The notes under the pieces are model-generated. The model saw only the letters and a program-made list of their open reading frames with translations. It had not been told where the DNA came from and made no database searches. DNA of 64,000 bases from Candidatus Bathyarchaeia archaeon (GTDB taxonomy: Archaea; Thermoproteota; Bathyarchaeia; 40CM-2-53-6): NCBI GenBank assembly GCA_049513715.1, contig JBEKVV010000002.1, forward strand, positions 192,001 to 256,000, written 5' to 3'. Shown in pieces: positions 1 to 7,267 of the stretch. The first letter of the stretch is position 1. Every line of letters starts with the position of its first letter. Both the position numbers and the translations under genes were made by a program.

Positions 1-1223
1 TGGTAACGCTATCTGACCGTGTTACCTCGCTCCATATCTCACCCATCCGCAAGGTCGCAGCCCTCGTCGCAGAAGCAACAACAAGAAAGGAACTGATCTC
101 CTTCGGAGGCGGCGCACCTAGTCTACCACCACCAAAGGAGGTTTCCGAAGAAATCGCAAAACGAATGACACAAGATCCGCAAGGGACCTGCGTGTACACG
201 GGAACCCGAGGCTACTTGAAGCTGAGAAAACTCGTCGCAGACGACTGGGTTAAGCATCAGGGTGAAGTGTACGACCCGGAGAAAGAGGTGATCATGACGG
301 ATGGTGCAACTGAAGGGATCTTCAGCGCCTTCATGTCGATCTTCAATAAGAACGACGAAATCATCGTGACAGACCCCACATACCTCGGCTACATTGAAGC
401 CGCTCAACTGGCCGGGGCTAGAGTGACCAAGTTCTCGGTTGACGTAGCGGACGGTTACCAGCCAAACCTCGAAGCCCTAAAGTCCCTCATAACCAGGCGA
501 ACAAAAGCCATAATCCTACTCAGCCCCGACAACCCCACAGGAAGGATAGTGCATTCGGATTTCGCGAAAGGCCTAATTGACCTCGCCGTCGACCATGAGT
601 TCTGGATTGTCAACGATGCCACTTACCGTGACATAATTTACGGCAGTGACATTCAACCCAAGATTACGTCTCTGCCTGCGGCCCATGAGAGAGTAATATC
701 GGTGGGAAGTTTTTCGAAGGAAGCCTCCGTTCCCGGATTGAGATTAGGTTACGCTCTTGGGCCTGCGGAGGTTGTTGATGGTATGGAGAAGGTGAAACAG
801 TACACGAGCCTAGCTCCTAACACAATCGCCCAACATGCAATGGTAAGGTTCCTGTCTGGAGGGGTCAAGGAAAGCTACTTGCGCGACTTCGTCATACCAA
901 CTTACCAGAAGCGCAGGGACTTCATGGAGAAAGCCATCAAGGAATACCTGCCCGAGGCCAAGACAGTAAGGCCTGATGGGGCCTTCTACTTCTTTCTCGA
1001 TGTCAAGCGATACTTGGCTGTTATGAACCGGGACGAACAGGAGTTCTGCAATCGCCTATTATATCATAAAGGCGTGATCGCCGTGCCGGGGTCGTATTTC
1101 GGGGAGAAAGGGGCGGGCCATGTGAGGCTTACATTCGTGAGCGAACCTGAACAACGAATTCAGCAGGGAATGAGACGGATGGGAGAGTACGTGTTTTCGT
1201 TTGCTTTCACCATGGCTGCCTAG
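1..1223 (+). CDS. PLP-dependent aminotransferase class I/II (aspartate aminotransferase-like), 5' end at window edge
   Basis: Motifs SPDNPTG, DATY and SFSKEASVPGLRLGY (PLP lysine). The frame is open upstream of the tracked start 165 to the window edge (VTLSDRV...LISFGGGAP). Confidence 0.9.
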   Translation, partial: VTLSDRVTSLHISPIRKVAALVAEATTRKELISFGGGAPSLPPPKEVSEEIAKRMTQDPQGTCVYTGTRGYLKLRKLVADDWVKHQGEVYDPEKEVIMTDGATEGIFSAFMSIFNKNDEIIVTDPTYLGYIEAAQLAGARVTKFSVDVADGYQPNLEALKSLITRRTKAIILLSPDNPTGRIVHSDFAKGLIDLAVDHEFWIVNDATYRDIIYGSDIQPKITSLPAAHERVISVGSFSKEASVPGLRLGYALGPAEVVDGMEKVKQYTSLAPNTIAQHAMVRFLSGGVKESYLRDFVIPTYQKRRDFMEKAIKEYLPEAKTVRPDGAFYFFLDVKRYLAVMNRDEQEFCNRLLYHKGVIAVPGSYFGEKGAGHVRLTFVSEPEQRIQQGMRRMGEYVFSFAFTMAA

Positions 1224-1242
1224 CCTGAATAAGAGTAAAGCC

Positions 1243-1329
1243 GTCTAAACTGCACTATATGGTACATAGTTACATGTATAGAGAAAAAAACGTAAAAAAT
1301 CTCTATACGAAAAGTATGTTAGTTTAGAC
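1243..1329. promoter_or_regulatory. Nested inverted repeats upstream of the PhoU/AbrB regulator
   Basis: GTCTAAACT (1243-1251) / AGTTTAGAC (1321-1329) and GTATAGAGA (1276-1284) / TCTCTATAC (1300-1308) in an AT-rich intergenic region. Confidence 0.45.
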
Positions 1330-1392
1330 TCTGGGAAACAGTACGGAAGTCTATATTCTAGTCGTTACCTTATATTCGATTCGTGCACGTGG

Positions 1393-2457
1393 TTGGAAGC
1401 TAGAAAAGTTCAGAGGGTTGGATACTCAACCCTGACCGTGTCCCTGCCAAGGGATTGGGTCGAGGATGTTAAACTGAAAGCCGGCGACATTGTCTCAATC
1501 AAACGGGAAGATGACGGGACCCTAAAACTGATCCCAGGAACGGAGCATAAGCGGGACGAGGTCAAGAACTGCATCGTCAATGCGGACATGTGTAACTCCG
1601 ATCACCTTCTCACCCGAGTCATAACCGCCAATTACATTCTCGGGCACGACACAATTCAAGTCCTCGCCAAGGACGAATTGAAGAAACATCATCTGGAAGA
1701 AGTGCGAACGACGACGCAACGTTTGACGGGGTTAAGCATTGTCGAGCAAACCCTCAAATCGGTGACCCTTCAGAGTTTTGTTGACCCGACTCGTTTTCCG
1801 ATTTATGGACTCATGCGCCGCCTACACATTATCATCACATCCATGCTAGATGCGTCAATGAAGGCATTACTTGAGAGGCGTCCTGAACTTGCCGGCGAAG
1901 TCGCTCATATGGAGGAGGAGTCTGATAGGATTTATTGGTTGATTGTTCGGCAGCTACTTCTCGCAATACGCGACCGCAGCGTAGGATCTAAGATTGGCAT
2001 CGAATCGCCAATCCACATACCCGGTAACAGGGTCGTGGCGAAGACGCTGGAGGAGATGGCGGATTCAGCCGAGAGCATTGCTAACGAGGTCTTGGTACTG
2101 AAGGACAAGGAAATTGTGAGCGAGGCCATTATACATGATGTTACAAGGTTCTGTGCGCAGGTCGTCAAGATTTCTGAACAGAGCATGAAAGCGCTACTAA
2201 CCTCGGACATTATTCTTTCGAACGAGGCTGTTGAGTTGGTGGAGACTGCGGAGAACGATGAAAGGAAACTCACGCAGAAGATTCTCACTTTGAAGGATGT
2301 TGGCGTGGCCACCAGCTTACGAATAATAGTCTGGAACCTCGGCCAGATCAGCAAGTACTGCAGAATAATCGGTGAGATCACTATAAACAGGATAATGGAG
2401 AGGCCCTCACAAATCTGCGAATACCTCCCAATCCCAGAAGGCAGAGCAGCAAGCTAG
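1393..2457 (+). CDS. phoU: Archaeal phosphate uptake regulator, AbrB/SpoVT DNA-binding domain plus PhoU domains
   Basis: N-terminal RKVQRVGYSTLTVSLPRDW AbrB-type motif followed by PhoU-like helical repeats (EEESDRIYWL, LEEMAD). Confidence 0.85.
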   Translation: MEARKVQRVGYSTLTVSLPRDWVEDVKLKAGDIVSIKREDDGTLKLIPGTEHKRDEVKNCIVNADMCNSDHLLTRVITANYILGHDTIQVLAKDELKKHHLEEVRTTTQRLTGLSIVEQTLKSVTLQSFVDPTRFPIYGLMRRLHIIITSMLDASMKALLERRPELAGEVAHMEEESDRIYWLIVRQLLLAIRDRSVGSKIGIESPIHIPGNRVVAKTLEEMADSAESIANEVLVLKDKEIVSEAIIHDVTRFCAQVVKISEQSMKALLTSDIILSNEAVELVETAENDERKLTQKILTLKDVGVATSLRIIVWNLGQISKYCRIIGEITINRIMERPSQICEYLPIPEGRAAS

Positions 2458-2498
2458 CCACGTACAGACGCGCCTAACAGAGAAGTAAGAGCCTACTA

Positions 2499-2918
2499 CT
2501 ACTCGCGTGGCAGAATTTTACCAATCATGATGAGGTCTGCGTGGACCTCGTAGCCAACCGCCTTGAAGAACTCGATTGACTTAGTGTTCGACTTGTAGAT
2601 CTGCGCATTCACTTTCTTTGCTCCTTTCTTCTTCAGCCGTATCTCCAGTTCTGCAATCAGGAGCTTGCCGATTCCTTTTCGTTGATGTTCGGGTTTTACG
2701 GCTAGGTGGTTGATCCAGCCGCGGCGGCCGTCCCAAGCACCCATAACAACTCCTATGATCTCCTCATGATCTGTCGCCACAATGAATAAGTCAGGGTCGC
2801 GCCGAAGTTTCAGCTCGACTCCTTCTAGTTCGTCGCCGGGCCTGATGATTAGCCCAGCATTTTTCCACAGTCGGGTCACCCTCTCGTGGTCACTGATCTT
2901 GAATTCTCGGATACGCAT
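2499..2918 (-). CDS. GNAT family N-acetyltransferase
   Basis: LAVKPEHQRKGIGKLL acetyl-CoA binding motif; GAWDGRRGWINH resembles YpeA-like GNATs. Confidence 0.9.
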   Translation of the reverse strand: MRIREFKISDHERVTRLWKNAGLIIRPGDELEGVELKLRRDPDLFIVATDHEEIIGVVMGAWDGRRGWINHLAVKPEHQRKGIGKLLIAELEIRLKKKGAKKVNAQIYKSNTKSIEFFKAVGYEVHADLIMIGKILPRE

Positions 2919-3037
2919 TGCAGGAACGCCCTTTGTTACGGCATAAGGGAAAAGCAGAAAGATGGACGTTTCGGCACAGATTCTCGAAGAGGGGTTTGGA
3001 GCTTCCTAGAGCGCCCCGGTCAAAGAGGCGTGAATGT

Positions 3038-3178
3038 TGGCGCCGCCGGCAGGGTTCGAACCTGCGACCAACGGGTCACTGTGTTCTGGCAGCTTAACAG
3101 CTTCAGCCCCCACTGGCTTGGTAGGGTCCGCTGCTCTAACCACTGAGCTGGCGTCTACGCGGTTGCGTATACGGCGGC
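3038..3178 (-). tRNA. tRNA-Asn(GUU) with three BHB introns (8/9: 3170-3150; 30/31: 3127-3102; 37/38: 3094-3077)
   Basis: Removing 21+26+18 nt gives the 76-nt cloverleaf GCCGCCG-TA-GCTC-AGTGGTTA-GAGC-A-GCGGG-CTGTTAA-CCCGT-TGGTC-GCAGG-TTCGAAC-CCTGC-CGGCGGC-G-CCA, with encoded CCA and G73. Each insert forms a BHB-type motif. Confidence 0.92.
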
Positions 3179-3220
3179 TCGTGCCTTTCGGCGGCGTTCG
3201 AGCCATTTCCCTTTCAGCGC

Positions 3221-3228
3221 TTTATTAA
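3221..3228 (-). promoter_or_regulatory. Putative TATA box of tRNA-Asn
   Basis: TTAATAAA on the minus strand, starting 33 nt upstream of the leader acceptor copy at 3195. Confidence 0.55.
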
Positions 3229-3261
3229 TGATTGGTCAACTTCCCGAATCAAACATTCCGT

Positions 3262-3471
3262 TCATTCCTTCTTTTGGGCAGCTCCACAGAAAGCACACTT
3301 GCGAACGCCCTCGGGAATCAGCGAACTGCATGACTTGCAATTTACAAGCTTCTCAAGCTCAATAAATGGCTCCGCTGAGCTCAACTGTCTGCTCCTCCTG
3401 AGCCAGAGAGACAGAAGGATTAGAACCAGCACAGCGGCAGCCGCAGTGACTGCAACAATCGTCTCGTCCAT
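3262..3471 (-). CDS. Small membrane protein with C-terminal zinc ribbon
   Basis: N-terminal TM helix (IVAVTAAAAVLVLILLSLWL) and CKSC...CAFC; likely ATG start at 3471. Confidence 0.7.
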   Translation of the reverse strand: MDETIVAVTAAAAVLVLILLSLWLRRSRQLSSAEPFIELEKLVNCKSCSSLIPEGVRKCAFCGAAQKKE

Positions 3472-3552
3472 GAAGGCCACCAGTGAAGGTTGAATTGTAG
3501 GTCTACATATCTCTTGCAAACGCAAGAACGAAGCAGGCCTGAGTGGAAACTG

Positions 3553-4818
3553 ATGGGTCATCTTGAAACCGAGGGCTTCCAAAGGGTAAGCACCGTCGAC
3601 GAGGGACTCCGAGTCTTCCTTGATGCAGTGGGCAACCCAAGAATTAGGGTCGAGACTGTTGCACTGGCTCGAGCTATTGGGCGGGTTCTGGGTGAAGATG
3701 TTATCTCAGACCGGTATCTGCCTGGAGTCGATCGCTCAGTTGTCGACGGATACGCGGTGCGTTCAGCGGACCTTCAAAACACTTCGAAGGAAAAACCCGC
3801 TACACTGAAGGTAGTCGGTGAAAGCCGACTCGGCAAGCCATGCAAACTCGCCTTGATTTCGGGAGAGGCTGTAGCGATGGCTACGGGCAGCATGATGCCA
3901 TCTGGGGCCGACTCAGTTGTCATGGTCGAAGAAACCACTGCCTTGCCAGATCACCGAATAAAAGTTCGGGCTTCCGCATTGCCAGGTCAGCATATTTCCC
4001 GGAAAGGCGAAGACGCCGAACCAGGAAAGCAAATCCTACGGAAAGGTAGGCGCCTTCGGCCACAGGACATCGGCATCATGAAGGCTTTAGGCCACACAAA
4101 ATCGCGGGTTGCGAAGAAACCGAGAATCGGCATCATCTCGACCGGTGATGAGCTGGTAGACTCCCCTGCCAGGTTGAGACTGGGAAAGATAGTGGATCTG
4201 AATCGTCCCATCCTTTCAGGCCTCGCTGAAGAATTGGGGGCTGTGCCAGTTGACATAGGAATTGCAAAGGACAACGAAGGAGAAATCATGAATGCTCTTC
4301 GGAGGGCGTTGAAGGTTTCTGATGCGGTCTTGATCAGCGCTGGGTCGTCGGTAGGGAAGAGGGATTTGATCCCGAAATGCATCAATCAGCTCGGAAAGCC
4401 GGGAATCCTCATCCACGGGGTGGCAATGCGTCCAGCTCTGCCAACAGGCCTTGCAGTAGTCAAAGGCAAGCCCGTAGTATCGCTGCCAGGCTTCCCAGTG
4501 TCAGCAATGATCGCCTTCCGCGCCTTCTGCCGACCACTAATCGAACGGCTCTCTGGAGGTCAAATGCAGAATGAGCTCACTGTCAAAGCCGTACTGAAAG
4601 GTTCGATTAACGGAATCCAGGGCAACAGAACCTACGTCAGGGTCTCGCTCAGTCATTCACCGGACGGGCTACTGGCAGAGCCATTGAAGATCCAACGCTC
4701 TTCAGCGTTAATGAGTATGGTCGACGCGAACGGAATCGTCACAATCCCAGAAGGCGTTGCCTCAGTTGAGGCAGGGCAGGTGGTTGATGTGGCAGTAATT
4801 GGGGAAATACAAATGTAG
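3553..4818 (+). CDS. moeA: Molybdopterin molybdenumtransferase MoeA
   Basis: RSVVDGYAV, ATGSMMPSGADSVVMVE, STGDEL, SAGSSVG and LPGFPVSA motifs; ATG at 3553 is preferred over TTG at 3490. Confidence 0.93.
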   Translation: MGHLETEGFQRVSTVDEGLRVFLDAVGNPRIRVETVALARAIGRVLGEDVISDRYLPGVDRSVVDGYAVRSADLQNTSKEKPATLKVVGESRLGKPCKLALISGEAVAMATGSMMPSGADSVVMVEETTALPDHRIKVRASALPGQHISRKGEDAEPGKQILRKGRRLRPQDIGIMKALGHTKSRVAKKPRIGIISTGDELVDSPARLRLGKIVDLNRPILSGLAEELGAVPVDIGIAKDNEGEIMNALRRALKVSDAVLISAGSSVGKRDLIPKCINQLGKPGILIHGVAMRPALPTGLAVVKGKPVVSLPGFPVSAMIAFRAFCRPLIERLSGGQMQNELTVKAVLKGSINGIQGNRTYVRVSLSHSPDGLLAEPLKIQRSSALMSMVDANGIVTIPEGVASVEAGQVVDVAVIGEIQM

Positions 4819-4827
4819 AAAAGCAGA

Positions 4828-5133
4828 TTACTTCTCATGCTCACTTTTCTGGCTTCGAACCTTCCTCACTTCGTTAGCCAGCGCTCGTAGGAGTTGAGTC
4901 TTTGTCTTTCCTTTCGGAAGAATGAGGTAGCCGCCTCTTTCCCACCACGTGCGCGGCCGTGACTTCGCCGGCACCACTTCAGCTTCTAGGGATAGCCTTT
5001 TCGCGGCTTCATTCATCTCATCAAGTCGAGGGGTTTGCACCGACGAACTCTTAGTGAGTTTGCGGCCTTCTTTTCGTGATTTCGTAGAATCGAAATTCGC
5101 GGGCCAAATGACGCGCTTTCCATGAAGCTTCAA
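4828..5133 (-). CDS. srp19: Signal recognition particle protein SRP19
   Basis: IWPANFDSTKSRKEGRK and PRTWWERGG motifs. Confidence 0.9.
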   Translation of the reverse strand: MKLHGKRVIWPANFDSTKSRKEGRKLTKSSSVQTPRLDEMNEAAKRLSLEAEVVPAKSRPRTWWERGGYLILPKGKTKTQLLRALANEVRKVRSQKSEHEK

Positions 5134-5186
5134 TTCACAATTCCCTCTCCGCTGGGTACGCTCCTAGCGGACACCCGTGCAGCGCG

Positions 5187-5582
5187 TCACTTTGCGGTTC
5201 CTTGAACTAGAACCGCATTTACAACGCCATGCTGTCCAGGTCGGGAGGTGACTACTGCCTGTCCCAATGGCGTTTCAAGAATGGCGCCTTTCGTTATGAC
5301 GCCCCGTCTTTGGTAGTCAACATTGGCAGGATTCTTCACTACTGAACGGATTTCAGTTTTTTGGCTCTTTCCGGTTGCTGGGTCGGTGACGTTCGCATAA
5401 TTCATGGCCAAAGTGCGCAGCTTCGGCGTTCCTCCGCGGCCACGGTTCTTCGTAACCCTAGGCTCTCCAACAATAGTTTCAGCAGGGTCGCTGCCCATTT
5501 CGAAGGCGCGTTTACCTCTGAAAATGTGCTTCTTACCGCCGGTCTTCTTGCGTTTGTGCTGGTTTCCGTGCCATTGGGGCAT
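5187..5582 (-). CDS. rps8e: 30S ribosomal protein S8e
   Basis: KRKKTGG, RGRGG, NPANVDYQRRGVITKGAI and VTSRPGQHGVVNAV. Confidence 0.97.
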   Translation of the reverse strand: MPQWHGNQHKRKKTGGKKHIFRGKRAFEMGSDPAETIVGEPRVTKNRGRGGTPKLRTLAMNYANVTDPATGKSQKTEIRSVVKNPANVDYQRRGVITKGAILETPLGQAVVTSRPGQHGVVNAVLVQGTAK

Positions 5583-6006
5583 TGTGCAACCTTACTCCAA
5601 TCTCAGATTTTGGTGAGAGGCAATCGGCGATTCTTTTAAGGGTTGTTGTAAACTTGTTCTGATAGTTCCTCGTCTGGTAGGGCCGACTGTGGCTTTCGTT
5701 TGTTTGCTTGCGTTTTATGTAAGGAGACAATAGGGCAAGATGGGCAAGTAATTACACAAGAGATTAGGATTCTGATCTCTGCTTCTGTTGGTGTTCTGAG
5801 TTTGTTGCCGCGTGCAGCACATGTAGTTGCATTGTATCTGATCGCATGGTGAACCTGGCGCAGAAAAAGTTGCGCCAAATCATAATTATGCATACAAAAC
5901 CCCGTAAATGAATACAGAAACCCCTTGGCTATTCTCAAGCCAGGACGGCGGGTGACCGTAGAGAGTTGTGCCGTGTCAAGACTGAGACTGCTGTGTTCAT
6001 CGACAG

Positions 6007-6606
6007 CTAATCCGCTTTGGGTTGAGGTTTCTTAGGTTCCTTTTCCGCTTTGATGTTCTGGAAGAGTTTTTCGAGTTGTTTCTTCATTGCGGGCATGTCG
6101 TGGCTGAGGTTGAAGTAGTCAGCGAAGTTTGGGGTTGTGCGAAGAACTTTCGTGCGTCCTAGTCGCTCTTCGGATATTAAGCCGATTTCTCTGAGCTGTT
6201 TCACATGTCCATAAGCGAGGTTCCCTCTAACTTTGGCGAGGTAGGATTGGGTTACTGGTTGCCGGTATGCGATGAACGAGAGTGTTTTCATGGGGCCGTA
6301 CGTCAACAACTGCCTTGACGCAAGGCGCTTAACGTCCCGAACGTATTGTGGTTTGAGTTGCATTACGAATCTTCCGTCGCTCAACTCTAGAACCTCGAGC
6401 GCGCTGCCGTCGCTTCCGTATTTGCTCTTGAGGAACCTAGCGACTTCTCGGACCTTGTCCTCGGACCTGAACTTGACAACCGAGCCGAGTGTCTTGATGT
6501 CGATGGGTCGGCCGGTTACGTAGAGGGCGGCCTCGATTAGGGCAACCTTGTTTTTCATTTTGGCCGGAGTTTCTGCAGGGAGGCTCGGGCTGGGCGTTTC
6601 AGACAA
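6007..6606 (-). CDS. scpB: Segregation and condensation protein B
   Basis: IEAALYVTGRP, TLSFIAYRQPVTQ, TTPNFADYFNL; lies downstream of smc and scpA. Confidence 0.93.
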   Translation of the reverse strand: MSETPSPSLPAETPAKMKNKVALIEAALYVTGRPIDIKTLGSVVKFRSEDKVREVARFLKSKYGSDGSALEVLELSDGRFVMQLKPQYVRDVKRLASRQLLTYGPMKTLSFIAYRQPVTQSYLAKVRGNLAYGHVKQLREIGLISEERLGRTKVLRTTPNFADYFNLSHDMPAMKKQLEKLFQNIKAEKEPKKPQPKAD

Positions 6607-7267
6607 TTGGCGGTGACACCTGGCCTAAGCGTATGAGAATGTCGAGGCTTTCATCCTGCTCAAGCAGAATCTTCTTCTGATTAGCAAGGAAGAGAAGCAT
6701 AATGAAAACGCGAACCATCTCAATAAGCGACTGGCCCTTCACAAGCTTACGGAATGACAACGGAACTCCGTGTATGCTCTGGTTGATGATTTTTCCATAG
6801 AACTCCTCAATGTTTTCCTCAATATGTGCCAGAAACTCGTCCATCTGCTCGAAAACTGAGGGCGGGGAGAGGACGAATGGTTTCTTGGCGAGGATCGTCT
6901 TTTCGTTCATTAGAACTTCTTGAAGTGTGCGAAGAATTTCTGCGACTGAGGTTGAGGTGTACTCGAATCTCAATGGAAATGGCAGGGGTGGTGGTACTTC
7001 TTCTGTTGGCCTCGGCGTCGGGGGTTTCGGTGGCTCTTCCATCTTCAGTACCAGCTCGGATTTCATTCGGTGCACTACCGACGAGGAGAGAAGTGCGGTT
7101 CCTGAGGCTGAGAAATCTACGTAGCCAGTCTTCTTCATCTCTGCGAGGAAGGAGTTGAGGAGGAAGGCTATGTCAATGTCCCAAGGCTTCACTCTATGAA
7201 GCCTGAGGAGGTCGAAGAGGATCAGGTATGGGGGCCTGAGCCAGAACGGTTTACCTAGCTCTTCCAA
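6599..7267 (-). CDS. scpA: Segregation and condensation protein A (kleisin)
   Basis: PWDIDI N-terminal motif and VFIMLLFLA...LEQDE C-terminal winged helix; likely TTG start at 7267 with upstream GGAGG. Confidence 0.9.
   Translation of the reverse strand: MEELGKPFWLRPPYLILFDLLRLHRVKPWDIDIAFLLNSFLAEMKKTGYVDFSASGTALLSSSVVHRMKSELVLKMEEPPKPPTPRPTEEVPPPLPFPLRFEYTSTSVAEILRTLQEVLMNEKTILAKKPFVLSPPSVFEQMDEFLAHIEENIEEFYGKIINQSIHGVPLSFRKLVKGQSLIEMVRVFIMLLFLANQKKILLEQDESLDILIRLGQVSPPIV

Noticed and set aside
3172..3195. A fourth intron (17 nt) inside the tRNA-Asn acceptor stem
   Set aside because: No register from 1/2 to 7/8 gives more than 2 of 4 central-helix pairs.
2886..3228. ORFs 2886-3146, 3006-3206 and 3034-3228
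   Set aside because: They overlap the intron-containing tRNA-Asn gene and have no protein motifs.
5636..5938. 100-aa ORF or SRP RNA between scpB and rps8e
   Set aside because: The ORF has no motifs, and I could not find SRP RNA helix 6/8 features. Left unassigned.
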